64,000 nt of DNA from Lama guanicoe (taxonomy: Eukaryota). Below the pieces are notes generated by a model. It saw only the letters and a list, made by a program, of their open reading frames with translations, had not been told where the DNA came from and ran no database searches. The stretch is from contig MU053933.1 of assembly GCA_013239625.1 (NCBI GenBank), forward strand, positions 2,257,026 through 2,321,025. The letters are read 5' to 3'. The position numbers and the translations under genes were made by a program. Positions 1 through 12,137 of this stretch are shown piece by piece (within the stretch, counting starts at the first letter, position 1; each line of letters starts with the position of its first letter).

Positions 1-562
1 GGTTATTTTTGTTTTTAAGTATAAGAAGGTAGCATGAGTATATTTATCCTAAAATTTGAAAATACGAATGAAATATACCATGTTCAAAAAACATGTAAAC
101 TACCTACATTGGCTGACAAAATGAAAGAAAAAATTTTAGTCCAATAGGATTATTACCTTTATTTGGCAAATATACTGAAGATCTGTTCTGTTTCAAATAT
201 GGAAATAGATTTTTTTTCCTAGTCAAACAAATTTTATTGAAAAAAATTTTAATACAACACAATCCAAAGAAAAGTTGAAAAGATGTTGAAAGATCTGATT
301 CTCCAAAAGGCACAGACTCAGTTCTCAAGGTGTAGGGAACCCATCAGCCTTCAGCACGGAGGCCTTTCCTGTAATACTGCAAACATCCAGAGCTCAGAAA
401 GAAACAGAAGTTTTCTGGGCTTATCTCATAAGGCTGGCAAAACCCCGATGCCAAAACCAGCCAGGAGAGAGAGAAACTGACTAGTGACCTATGTCATGTA
501 AGAGATTGTAAATAATGTTTTAGCAAATTTAATATGGAGATACATTAAAAGAACAATATGCC

Positions 563-765
563 GGGGGGGGAGGGTATAGCTCAGCGGTTAGAGTGCATGC
601 TTAGCACACATGAGGTCCTGGGTTCAATCCCCAGAACCTCCATTAAAAATACATAAATAAACCTAATTACCTCCCCCTAAAAACTAATAAAAATAAATCT
701 ATAACAAAAAGCAAAAACAAAGTGGAGGACAAAATTTAAAGTCTATTAATATCTTACAGATCAGA
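563..765 (+). mobile_element. tRNA-derived SINE (camelid Vic-1 type)
   Basis: GGGGAGGGTATAGCTCAG..A box and GGTTCAATCCCC B box, followed by AAATAAACCTAATTACCTCCCCC and an A-rich tail; flanked by AATATGCC direct repeats (555-562, 773-780). Confidence 0.85.
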
Positions 766-865
766 AAAAAAGAATATGCCATTATCAAGCAGAGTAGTTC
801 TCAGAAATGATATAATTAACAATGCTAGTAGGTGGAAACAGAAAAGTCATTGAGAGTTAGAACTC

Positions 866-1450
866 TCAACACACACACACGTACACACATACATGCACAC
901 AATATACACATGCATGCACACATGTATACACATGCACACATATACACATACACATGTACACTTGTACAGACACATGTACACACGCATATACACATATCCA
1001 CCTACACACAGATATACACATATACATATACACACATACATGTACACACATGGACACGCATACACACATACACACGTGCATGTGTACACACAGAAACACA
1101 CATACAGGCATATACACTCATGCACATATACACACACGTACACATATATGCACATATGTACACGTGTACACACATACACAGATACGCACAGGCATATACA
1201 CACATGCGCGTGCACACATACACGCACACACATGCGTATATGCATGTAGACACATACACATACACGTGTATACACACATACACATATATGTACATACACC
1301 TGGATACACGTGTACACGCATACACAGATACATTCACATACAGGCATATATGCATATACATACCCATACACACATGTACACACATGCATGCACACATATA
1401 TACATACACACATACACATGTACACACACGTACATACACACAGACACGCA
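866..1450. repeat. Long degenerate (CA/TA)n microsatellite (CACATA/CACACATG-type)
   Basis: About 580 bp of nearly uninterrupted purine-pyrimidine alternation; it is the source of the HT/VC-rich spurious ORFs. Confidence 0.95.
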
Positions 1451-3164
1451 TGAGCTGCCAAAGGCACCGCCATCACCTTCAGGACCCGGACGACGGGGCC
1501 TGTCCCACCGGTCCCGGCCGGGGCTCTACTGTGTCCCCGTCGTGGCGTGGCTGGGAAGCAGAAGGACAGCACAGCCGGGGGGCCGGGGGCAGCGCGCTCT
1601 CGGCCACACTGTCTGCTGGGCCCTCATTCCCTCCCAGCACCTCTTCCATCTGCCCGGCCGGCACCAGAGGACACTGCCCTTCTGCTCACACTCAGATGCC
1701 CAAAGATTCCTTTTTTGGCATGTTTTTAAAAGTCATTTGGTCATTTGACCTTCCACCGACCCGCCAGCCCCGACCACAGGCTCCCAGCCCCAGCCCAGGG
1801 CGAGGGCAGGGCAGCTGGGCTCCTGGAAGAGCTGAGGTGAGAGCAGTGACTCTTGAGAGACACTCTGAGCTGGGATGCAGACAGCTCACAGGCCAAGGAG
1901 GAGGACGCTGCCGAACAGGGTGTGGGCCGTGAGGGAGGAAGAGCCCTGACACCTGCTAGATCAGGCTGGACCCAACACAGCCCTGGGAAGAGCGCAGAAC
2001 GTCTTTACATCTGCCGTGGCTTGTCCCAGACCCAGTGCCACCCCCATCCTTGCCACTCACAAAACCCAAGGCTTCCCGGGACCAGGCCTGGGGGAGGTTG
2101 GGAAGGGGTGGGGGGTGCCACGAGCAGAGCCTTTCGCGGCCAGGCGCTCAGGCTCCCCCACCACCACCGTCCCTTTCATAGCTTGCTGCCCTCCGAACCC
2201 GATTTTTGCATCTGTACAAGGGGGTCCCAAAGGGGCGCCTCGCATGGGGGATGACCTCAGGAAGCACTCTGGTGTGACTGTGCATGTCGGAAAGGTCAAG
2301 TGCCATGCCTCCTGCGGACCAGAGACGTTCTTAGTGTCCCGATCATTCCCCTGAAGCAACGCTGACTTCCTCAGCTCTGGGACGTGGATGAAGCACACAG
2401 TTCTCTCACCACCACTAGAAGAGCCACCGAGAGGACGTGTAAAAGTTATAGGAAAAACTAAACAAAGTAGTATGTAAACAAGAAGGAGGCCCAGTAGGAC
2501 CCTGCATGTATTCATCAAAAAGAGAAACAGGTAATGTGTGTAAACTGGAACAAGATCTCCAATGCACAAGAATAAAAAAGCTTAGTCTAAAACCAGACAG
2601 GCGACATCAAGGAGCTGGCCTTATCTGGTGTCCAAGCAAGAGACTGCTGGAGGAGTGGTGCAAAGCCTGTGAAAACGCACACTGATGGCCCCAGCGGTGC
2701 CAGGGGACGAATCCCATTCACATCACAAGACGAAGTCAAGCTGCTGTGAGAAAGAATTAATCAGACAATGTTTGAAAATTTTAAATTTGGAAATAAGTTG
2801 ATAAAGGCCAAAAAAGAGCCTGGAAATAAATGGCAAAAGACTGAAATGTGGTCTGAAAGATAAAAATCAAGAAAATGTCCTAGAGCAAAGGATAAACATT
2901 TGGAAAGTGAGAGAAGAATTAAGAGATGGGAAGGCTAGTTCCAGAAGATCTGACATCTAACGGGAGCCACAAAAGGAGAGGCCAGGAGAGACTAAGTAAT
3001 TTTCTAAATAGCACAAAACGTTTCCCGAGATGAGCTTTCATGTCAAAAGTCTTGGTGCATCCCAACCACAGAAAGGAAAGTGACACACAAGCCCAGAAAC
3101 AAAAAACACGGCATTTGAGAAGAAGGATGGAAAGAAAACCCAGACGCTCCTGGAGAGTCAACAA

Positions 3165-3323
3165 AGACACACGACACATCTGGCTGCGAATGACAGATGA
3201 CAGCTTCAGGCTCTCCTAGACACACGACACATCTGGCTGCGAATGACAGATGACAGCTTCAGGCTCTCCTAGACACACGACACATCTGGCTGCGAATGAC
3301 AGATGACAGCTTCAGGCTCTCCT
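3165..3323 (+). repeat. Perfect tandem repeat, 3 x 53 bp
   Basis: Unit AGACACACGACACATCTGGCTGCGAATGACAGATGACAGCTTCAGGCTCTCCT starts at 3165, 3218 and 3271. Confidence 0.95.
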
Positions 3324-3802
3324 CAGGAAATCTGGACATCACAAGACAATGGAAATACGTCCCACCGCTTTGGGGAAACAGTTATTTAAAACCAGAATTC
3401 TGTGCCCAACCAAACCATCATAAAGTGGAAAGGTAAAGTGGCTGTGTTCTCAGTCACATGCGAGATCTTAAAACGTAAAACCACCAACATATATGAAAAA
3501 GTCTGATACCTCACCACAGCAAGATGAAAACAGAAAAAACGCCGAGTATAGCTTGATAGGGGACAAAGGAAGGCACCTGTGTGTGTCACAGAAGAGGAGG
3601 GAGCTCACAGACCCGGTCGTGGGTCCTGAAACTCCCAACACCTGCTCAGGGAGACACAGGTGCCTGGAAGGCAGGGGGCCCTCGGCGTTCTGTGAACCGG
3701 TCCTCTGTACCACTCATATTTCGTAAAATGTGCAAGTTTCACTTTATAGTTACGTTTTTAAAGGCTTACATGTAATTTAGAAAATACTTAAAGCGTCCCA
3801 TA

Positions 3803-4615
3803 CACCCACCAGAATGGTCATCATCCAAAAGTCCACAAATGATAAGTGCTGGAGAGGCTGTGGAGAACAGGGGACCCTCCTCCCCTGCGGCTGGGAATGT
3901 AGTCTGGTGCAGTCATTTTGGAGGACAGTATGGAGATTCTTCAAAACACTAAAAACAGACTTACCCTATGAACCAGCAATCCCACTCCTGGGCATATTAT
4001 CTGGAGGAAACTCGAATTTGAAAAGACACCTGCACCCCAATGTTCATAGCAGCACTATTTACAATAGTCAAGACATGGAAACAACCTAAATGTCCACCCA
4101 CAGATGACTGGATAAAGAAGTTGTGATATATGTATACAGTGGAATACTACTTAGCCATTAAAAGAATAAAATAATTCACTTGCAGCAACCTGGATGGACC
4201 TGGAGATCATCACTGTAAGTGAAGTCAGCCAGAAAGAGAAAGAAAAATACCATATGATATCACTCATATGTGGAATCTAAAAAACGAAAAGGGGGACACA
4301 TATGAACTCATCTACAAAACAGAAACAGACTCACAGACATAGTAAATAATCCTATGGTTACTGGCGGGGAAAGAGGTGGGAAAGGATAAATTTGGTAGTT
4401 TGAGATTTGCAAATATTAACCACTATATATAAAAACAGATTAAAAATGAGTTTCTTCTCTATAGCACAGGAAACTATATTTGGTACCTTGTAATAACCTT
4501 TAATGAAAAAGAATATGAAAATGAATCTATGTATGTATACGTATGACTGAAACAGATGCTGTACACCAGAAATTGACGCACTGTAACTGACTATATTTCA
4601 ATTTTTAAAAAATTA
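3803..4615 (+). mobile_element. 5'-truncated LINE-1 (ORF2 C-terminus plus 3' UTR)
   Basis: Translation includes [40 protein letters not shown], typical of the L1 ORF2 C-terminus; the L1 3' UTR ends in an A-rich tail and matches the copies at 12995 and 59900. Confidence 0.9.
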
Positions 4616-4917
4616 AAATGAAGCACCCCACACACAGGAGAGATGGAACCACAATTCATCACTTCGGAGAAGTGTTCACCTCTAGGCCTCAGCTCAGCAT
4701 AACCTTGCCTCAAATGTTTTCCATAACTTTTTTTGAGCCAAACACAGGAGAGACGGGAAACATCCTGCAACTCAGGACATTCATACTCACAAGTTTAGTG
4801 AGTAAAACTATTGAAAATACGCCAGCACTAATGAAGGCTCCCGCAACCAGCTGTCAACACCAACGAGGAAGTGCGGGCGTGGAGCCTCCTGCTGGGACGA
4901 CACAGGCCAGGGAGGGG

Positions 4918-4924
4918 TATAAAA
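4918..4924 (+). promoter_or_regulatory. TATA box of KRTAP10 copy 1
   Basis: TATAAAA about 90 bp upstream of ATG 5011, followed by a CA-rich KRTAP10-type leader. Confidence 0.8.
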
Positions 4925-5010
4925 GCCCGGCACCCCTAGGCACCTCACACTCCCTCGCACTCACACTCAGGCTCACACACTCACCCTCCTCCAGCCCCAC
5001 CGCCCCCGCC

Positions 5011-5556
5011 ATGGCCGCGCCGGCCCTGTCCACCTGCTCCGGCGACCTGAGCTACGGCAGCCGGGTCTGCCTGGCCGGTCCCTGTGACTCCTGCACCGGC
5101 TCCTCCTGGCAGGTGGACGACTGCCCAGAGAGCTGCTGCGAGCCCCCCTGCTGCGCCCCGGCCCCCTGCCTGAGCCTCCTCTGCGCCCCAGCGAGCTGTG
5201 AGCCCTGCCCCTGCCCATCTGCCTGCACCAGCTCCTGCACGGCCTTGTGCTGCCCGCAGTCTAGCTGCCAGCCCTCCTGCTGCACCTCCTCCCCCTGCCA
5301 GCAGGACTGCTGTGAGCCCGTGTGCTGCAGGCCCGTGTGCTGCAGGTCCGTGTGCTGCACGCCTGTCTGCTGCAGGCCCGTGTGCTGCAGGCCCGTGTGC
5401 TTCACGCCTGTCTGCTGCAGGCCCGTGTGCTGCAGGCCCGTGTGCTGTGAGCCCACCCCCTGCCCCTCGTCCAGCTGCAGACCCTCCTCTTTCGTGTCCC
5501 TGCTCTGCCGCCCCAGGTGCTCCCGCTCGGCCTGCTGTGTCCCCGACTCGGCCTAG
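5011..5556 (+). CDS. KRTAP10: Keratin-associated protein, KRTAP10 family (181 aa, single exon)
   Basis: MAAPALSTCSGDLSYGSRVCLAGPCDSCTGSSWQVDDCPESCCEP.. N-terminus, CCRPV pentapeptide repeats, Kozak context GCCATGG, TATA box upstream. Family member number not assignable. Confidence 0.93.
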   Translation: MAAPALSTCSGDLSYGSRVCLAGPCDSCTGSSWQVDDCPESCCEPPCCAPAPCLSLLCAPASCEPCPCPSACTSSCTALCCPQSSCQPSCCTSSPCQQDCCEPVCCRPVCCRSVCCTPVCCRPVCCRPVCFTPVCCRPVCCRPVCCEPTPCPSSSCRPSSFVSLLCRPRCSRSACCVPDSA

Positions 5557-5885
5557 AAGTCCGGCTGCTGACCGGGCCCGTCCCCCCCAGGGCTAGCCGG
5601 GCTCTAGGGTGCCTCAGCTGAGGGGCTGAGCTCAGCGATACTAGCATTTGGCGTCCTCCAGGAGTTTAACCCCCAGAAAAGACCTGGAGACCATCTCCTC
5701 TGTGTCACCAAGAACAGGGACTCCACGTCCTCTGGGGTCTCTCAGGAGTTGCTGCCACGGTCATCCCAGAACCTACGCGCAGGCCTGAGTCGTGGAAGCG
5801 GGTCCTGTCTCTCCTAGCCCAGCAGCTTCTCCCATTCCCACCCCTCCTCCACCCCGCCCCTTCTCCAAGCCGAGCCTTTCCTGCA

Positions 5886-6819
5886 NNNNNNNNNNNNNNN
5901 NNNNNNNNNNNNNNNNNNNNNNNNNNNNNNNNNNNNNNNNNNNNNNNNNNNNNNNNNNNNNNNNNNNNNNNNNNNNNNNNNNNNNNNNNNNNNNNNNNNN
6001 NNNNNNNNNNNNNNNNNNNNNNNNNNNNNNNNNNNNNNNNNNNNNNNNNNNNNNNNNNNNNNNNNNNNNNNNNNNNNNNNNNNNNNNNNNNNNNNNNNNN
6101 NNNNNNNNNNNNNNNNNNNNNNNNNNNNNNNNNNNNNNNNNNNNNNNNNNNNNNNNNNNNNNNNNNNNNNNNNNNNNNNNNNNNNNNNNNNNNNNNNNNN
6201 NNNNNNNNNNNNNNNNNNNNNNNNNNNNNNNNNNNNNNNNNNNNNNNNNNNNNNNNNNNNNNNNNNNNNNNNNNNNNNNNNNNNNNNNNNNNNNNNNNNN
6301 NNNNNNNNNNNNNNNNNNNNNNNNNNNNNNNNNNNNNNNNNNNNNNNNNNNNNNNNNNNNNNNNNNNNNNNNNNNNNNNNNNNNNNNNNNNNNNNNNNNN
6401 NNNNNNNNNNNNNNNNNNNNNNNNNNNNNNNNNNNNNNNNNNNNNNNNNNNNNNNNNNNNNNNNNNNNNNNNNNNNNNNNNNNNNNNNNNNNNNNNNNNN
6501 NNNNNNNNNNNNNNNNNNNNNNNNNNNNNNNNNNNNNNNNNNNNNNNNNNNNNNNNNNNNNNNNNNNNNNNNNNNNNNNNNNNNNNNNNNNNNNNNNNNN
6601 NNNNNNNNNNNNNNNNNNNNNNNNNNNNNNNNNNNNNNNNNNNNNNNNNNNNNNNNNNNNNNNNNNNNNNNNNNNNNNNNNNNNNNNNNNNNNNNNNNNN
6701 NNNNNNNNNNNNNNNNNNNNNNNNNNNNNNNNNNNNNNNNNNNNNNNNNNNNNNNNNNNNNNNNNNNNNNNNNNNNNNNNNNNNNNNNNNNNNNNNNNNN
6801 NNNNNNNNNNNNNNNNNNN
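5886..6819. other. Assembly gap (934 N)
   Basis: Run of N. Confidence 1.
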
Positions 6820-7664
6820 GGGGAAGGACCTGCCTACCTGGCCTGATGACCTTACTTCTCGACTTCATAAGCTTCTTCATCTGTCATCCCTACTGCTCTG
6901 AGTACGGTGGCGGCAGGGGCTGGGGGGAGGGTGCATACAACCCCAGGACTCCCAGCGGAACCTCCCGTGACCTTTCATGGTAAGAGAACCAGAAGACCTC
7001 GGAGTCGGGGCCTGGCAAGACCCGGAGCAGCCACCCTGAGTTCCCGCCGAGATCTGCGCTGCCCAGCCCTCCCGCCGCTCCCCGTGGCTGAGGCGGCCCG
7101 GCACCCCACCGTCAACCATAAGGCCCCAGGAGGCCTGCGCTCTGCAGCCCAGCCACATCCCGCCCTCTCCTCCGCGGCCGTGGCCCTCCCTCCAGGGTGG
7201 GATCCTGGGGGCAGTGAACAGTGTTTCCTTTGCTCCTCCATGCTGGGGCCATCCTGGCCAGGCAGGCCACCCCCATGAGAACCCGCAATGGGTTCCTGCT
7301 GCCACTCTTGGATGGACCGCGGCATCCACGCCAGGCCACCCCCAGCAGTTGACCAAGCACAGCAGGGGTGCGAGGGCAGGGCCATTCCTGACAGACACCC
7401 GCCATTTGCTCAGGGCACCCCATCCATCTGCCCCAGGCCTTCTCAGAGCTGTGCCAGGGGCGGAGCCACTGCTCATCTGGCTCTTCCTCCTTACAGCTAA
7501 CTCACATGAGTATGGTCAGCCTGGCCACGTTAAGGCTCTTCCCCACTCCAACTCCCCCATTACTCTTTCATGGGCATCCCCACAATAAACTGCTAAAAAA
7601 CTTATCCCACTTGGCATCAGCTTCTTGGAGAATACAAACTGACTCACGCACCCACATTTTAGAG

Positions 7665-7870
7665 CAGAAAGAAGGAGGGAGGAAGAGAGAAAAGGAAAGG
7701 AGGAAAGGAAAGAGAGAGAGAGAAAGAAAGAGAAAAAGGGAGAAAGAGAGAGAAAGAGAGGAAGAGAGGAAGAAAGGAAGAAAGAAAGAGGAAAGAAAAA
7801 AAGAGAAAAGAAAGAGGAGATGGGGGAGGGAGGGAGGAAGGAAGGGAGGGAGGAAGGAAGGAAGGAAGAA
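7665..7870. repeat. GA-rich low-complexity / (GGAA)n polypurine tract
   Basis: Almost entirely purines on the + strand. Confidence 0.9.
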
Positions 7871-8169
7871 AGTGCCCATACTAGAGCAACATGCTTACAT
7901 GGAAAATTCACACCAGCCTCTGGTTGCCTTTAAATTCTGAGGAATTTGGGCACAATTTTCACCTTGATTTCATGTATCTCAATTTAAAAACATAATGGCT
8001 TCATCTACTTGTTATTCATGGGTATCACCTTTTTTTGGATCCTGGAAAGATCTTAGTTGTTTATACACAATTACAATAACTCCTCCAGAGTGAGTATGTG
8101 CCCCATCCAGGGAGAAATGGCAACGTCTATCTGAGGTGCTTGCAGGACAAAGTAGCCACTGTTGTTTCA

Positions 8170-9700
8170 AGACAGACTGTGATAAGTTAAAGATGGTAGA
8201 CTATAAGCCCTAAGATGCAAAACAAGGAGCTGCGCTAATGAGGCAACAAAGGGAAAAATGGAATCATACATAAAAGCAACAAATCCAAAAGAAGGCGGAA
8301 AACGGGGAAAGGGGAAGAAGGACGTGCGACAAGCTGGCAGCAACAGCAAGAGGACAGGTGAAACCCACTGCATCAGTAGTCACACTAAACCCAAGTTGTC
8401 CGCACACTCCAGTCAAAAGTCAGAGACTAGTGGACCGAGTTTAAAAAAAAAAAATAGACCCAACGTTATGCTGCCTATGAGAAATGCAGTTTAAACATAA
8501 GAAGAAAACAGGTTAAAAGTAAAAAGAGGGGAAAAGCTATATTAAGCTAACGTTAATCAAAAGAAAGCTGCAGCAGTTGTGTTAATTCCATAAAATAGAT
8601 TCAGGATCAAAGCATACGGCCAGGGATTGTTAATGAGGATCATGTCATAAAGATCAAAGAGTCAAATGATCCTAAATGTGTATGCACCTGATAGTAGACC
8701 TTTAAAATGTATGAAGCAAAGAGTGATTGACCTGCGGAAACAGACAAATCTTAATGGAATCCTACAGCCTGAGATTTGAATAGCCCTTCTCAGTAACCTA
8801 CAGCACAGGCAGACGGAAAATCAGAGAAGATGTGGAGTATTCGAACAGCATCATTAACCAATTTGAGCTATTTGACATTGAAAGAACACTCCACTCTCAA
8901 ACAAAACAAACCTTCTTTTTAAGTGAATGCAAAACATGTACCAAGATAAATCACATTTGCTAAGATAGACCTATAAAGGCTACAAAGCAAATTTCTACGG
9001 CTTTGAAAAAATTCAAATAACAAATTGGGTATTTTCTGACCACAGTGGAATTAAACGAAAAATGCAGTAACAGAAAGTCCTTGTAAAATCCCCAACTATT
9101 TAGAGAAGAAATAGACTTCTAAATAACCCGTAAGTCAAAAAATAATGAAGAAAGGAGGAAATCAGAAAATATTTTGACTCATATGAAAGTGAAAATACAA
9201 CATATCAAAACGTGGGGGACGCTGCTGAATCAGTTCCGAGGGAGAAGTTTGTGGCACTGCGTGTGCTTGTTAGAGAAGAAGAGAGTTCTCAACTAAGTGG
9301 CCTCAGCTTCCAGCTGAAGAAACTAGGAAGCACATTAAACTGGAAGAAGAAAGACAGTAGCAAAGACCAAAGTGGAAAGTCAGTGAAACGGGTAACAGAA
9401 AGGAAGATAAAAATCAAATAAGCCAGGGCTCTTTCCTTGAGAAGGCTGATAAAGCTGGTACACCATCAGCCGCACTGCACAGCAAGTCAGGCAGAGACAG
9501 TGCCGCTCACCACACCGGGGGTGGGAGCCGTGGCACCGCGAGAGAGCCTGCAGGTGGTGGGAGGATAACCAGGGGACATCCGGACCCGCTTTAAGCCCAG
9601 GAATCTGACAGCCTAAGCAAAACGGCCAAATTCCTTGGAAGACACTAACTACCAAAGCTCACCTGAGAAGAAGCATGCGCACGGAAGAACACACCCGCAA
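8170..9700 (+). mobile_element. Old degenerate LINE-1 fragment (ORF2 endonuclease region)
   Basis: A-rich sense strand with decayed L1 ORF2 motifs such as ATGCTGCCTATGAGAAA, CCTAAATGTGTATGCACC and TTTTCTGACCACAGTGGAATTAAAC; many stops. Boundaries approximate. Confidence 0.75.
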
Positions 9701-11119
9701 AGAAACGGAATCGCAGGTAGAACCTTCCCACAGCCCACCTGTCCTTCGACAGTAAACGGCGAGCACACAAAAACACCCGCGCCTCAGAGTCGTCCTCTTC
9801 CGCCAGAAAGGAGCAAATTATTGACACACACCACAGCCGAGTGGATCTCAGGGGAACTGTGCAGGTGGACAGTCGGTCTCAAAGGTATGATGCTGTTCAC
9901 GGAACATTCTCAATTTGACAAGAGGATAGAGACGGAAGAGGGCTCGTGGTCCTCAGGGGTCAGGGATGAGAGTGTGGTGGGTGTGGCTCTAACCAGGCAG
10001 CTGAGGGAGCTTTGTGGCAGGATGGCTGGTACCATCCTGTGTCTGACTGTGGTGGTGCCGACGTGACCTACGGACGTGAACACGCCGCATAGAACCACAC
10101 AGAACACAAGTGCCTGTAAAACTGATGAAATGGGAGTCAGGTCTGTGGGCTGTCAATCTGGTGACTTGCCCTCATTACGCAAAGTGCTATCACTGAGGGA
10201 AACTGGGCAAAGGGTAGTCAGGAATTCCCTCCACTTTCTTTTGACAACTTCTTAGAAATCTATAATTATTTCAAAATGTAAAAAAAGCAACTTTTCACCA
10301 AGAAAACTCCAGGCAACTTGACTTGTGAATTCTATCAGATGTGACATGAAACACCAGAGCATCGAACAAGCCCCCTGTCCACCTGCCGCTGGGCCCTGGG
10401 AGGAGGCCATAGGAGACGCTGCGTCACCAGCATCTTCTCGAGCTTAAGCCGGGGAGCTGCCCTAGACCCCTCACTGTCACACAGCCTCTGAGATCTCCAG
10501 GAATCTGCCTTCTACTCTCAACATTGTTCCCCGTCACCCGGAGCCCAGGGCCCCTCCCCAACACGGTGTGCCAGCAGGCATGAGGAACACTGCCCTGGCT
10601 GCCTCCCCCACTCCCCAGATGGTCCATCTGCCCCCTGAGACTGCTCCAGTCCGCCTCCCACCACCCATGCCCCCCCAGGTGAAGGCGTAAGGACGGATGA
10701 ATCAGGCAGCATCTGGCTGAGCCTCACAGCGCCGCCCTCTGCTCCTGCCCGTTCCTGGCCTCTCCCCTTGGGGACCAGCTGTCCTCCGTGCCCCAACCCA
10801 GGAACACCAGGATCAGACCAACAATAAACCCTCACAGCCACAGCAACCCCACCAGGAGCCACCACGGCACTCCCCCCCGAAGGAGTCATGGCCACAAGTG
10901 TCCCCTGACCCACCATCAGGGAACCTGCAGGAGGAACAGCTTGACCACAGCTCAGCCCCAACACCAGCTTCCCTAAGGGCCATACCCTGGTCAGGTGGTC
11001 ATCGAGGTATCCAGCCAGCAACTGACTCATCTTATGAGGCTTCCGGGCCCCCCAGACACTAACAAGGAAGGGCAGGCGTGGGAGCCTCGTGCAGGGACAA
11101 CACACCTACCCAGTAGGGG

Positions 11120-11126
11120 TATAAAA
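11120..11126 (+). promoter_or_regulatory. TATA box of KRTAP10 copy 2
   Basis: TATAAAA about 96 bp upstream of ATG 11216. Confidence 0.8.
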
Positions 11127-11215
11127 CTGACAGCTTGAGCACATCACACACACACACACTCACACACACACTCACACACTCACACTCACCCTCCTCCAGC
11201 CCCACCACCCCCACT

Positions 11216-11866
11216 ATGGCTGCGTCCGCCCTGTCCACCTGCTCCGGCGACCTGAGCTACGGCAGCCGGGTCTGCCTGGCCGGTCCCTGTGACTCCTGCA
11301 CCGGCTCCTCCTGGCAGGTGGACGACTGCCCAGAGAGCTGCTGTGAGCCCCCGTGCTGTGAGCCCCGCTGCTGTGAGCCCCGCTGCTGCGCCCCGGCCCC
11401 TTGCCTGAGCCTCCTCTGCGCCCCAGTGAGCTGTGAGCCCTGCCCCTGCCCATCTGCCTGCACCAGCTCCTGCACGGCCTTGTGCTGCCTGCAGTCTAGC
11501 TGCCAGCCCTCCTGCTGCACCTCCTCCCCCTGCCAGCAGGACTGCTGTGAGCCTGTGTGCTGCAGGCCTGTGTGCTGCAGGCCCGTGTGTTGCAGGCCTG
11601 TGTGCTGCAGGCCCGTGTGCTGCACGCCTGTCTGCTGCAGGCCCGTGTGCTGCAGGCCCGTGTGCTGTGAGCCCACCCCCTGCCCCTCGTCCTGCTGCAG
11701 ACCCTCCTCCTCTGTGTCCCTGCTCTGCCACCCCGTGTGCAGACCCGCCTGCTGTGCCCCCGCCCCCTCCTGCCAGCCCAGCTGCTGCCGCCCAGCCTCC
11801 TGCGTGTCCCTGCTCTGCCGCCCCAGGTGCTCCCGCTCGGCCTGCTGCGTCCCCAACTCGGCCTAG
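11216..11866 (+). CDS. KRTAP10: Keratin-associated protein, KRTAP10 family (216 aa, single exon)
   Basis: MAASALSTCSGDLSYGSRVC.. with CCEPR and CCRPV repeats and an extra C-terminal module (HPVCRPACCAPAPSCQPSCCRPASCVSLLC); TATA upstream, AATAAA at 12138. Confidence 0.93.
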   Translation: MAASALSTCSGDLSYGSRVCLAGPCDSCTGSSWQVDDCPESCCEPPCCEPRCCEPRCCAPAPCLSLLCAPVSCEPCPCPSACTSSCTALCCLQSSCQPSCCTSSPCQQDCCEPVCCRPVCCRPVCCRPVCCRPVCCTPVCCRPVCCRPVCCEPTPCPSSCCRPSSSVSLLCHPVCRPACCAPAPSCQPSCCRPASCVSLLCRPRCSRSACCVPNSA

Positions 11867-12137
11867 AAGTCCGGCTGCTGACCGGCTGGTCTGCCGGCCT
11901 CTCTCCAGCTGCTGTCTTTGACCCTGAGCCCAGCTGTCCTCTCTCAGGAGCCCCGGAGCCTCTCTGCTGGCGCCAGGACCTCCCCTCTCTCGTGGGTGGA
12001 CACACAGCTGATGCCTAGAGGGGACTTGAACATGCCGCCCACAAACCCCTCAGCTGGGGGGACTGCTGGCCCTGGGAGCCCTCCTCTGCAGGGTTAGGTG
12101 CTTGTATTTCATGTGTCAAAGGTCAACTGCCATCATC

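Noticed and set aside
563..645. tRNA-like sequence with A and B boxes
   Set aside because: It carries the SINE-specific 3' body, A tail and TSD, and recurs several times in the window; it is a SINE, not a tRNA gene.
832..1932. Long His/Thr/Tyr- or Val/Cys-rich ORFs in all frames
   Set aside because: Artefacts of the (CA/TA)n microsatellite.
3165..3323. CRISPR-like array
   Set aside because: Head-to-tail repeats with no spacers, in mammalian DNA; no cas genes. The CCAAT array at 48253-48397 is likewise LTR U3 structure.
4618..5010. 131-aa N-terminal extension of KRTAP10 copy 1 (312-aa ORF)
   Set aside because: The upstream ATG precedes the TATA box and the paralogs start at the MAA; chance open frame. 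The same applies to the 11135 start.
5705..6901. 369-391 aa ORFs
   Set aside because: They run through the N gap.
7300..7650. Possible ERVL-type LTR remnant (AATAAAC..CTTGGCATCAGCTTCTTGGAG)
   Set aside because: Only the 3' end looks LTR-like and the boundaries cannot be defined.
11257..11856. Antisense QHTGL-repeat ORFs over the KRTAP10 genes
   Set aside because: Mirror frames of the Cys-rich repeats with no promoter or polyA support.
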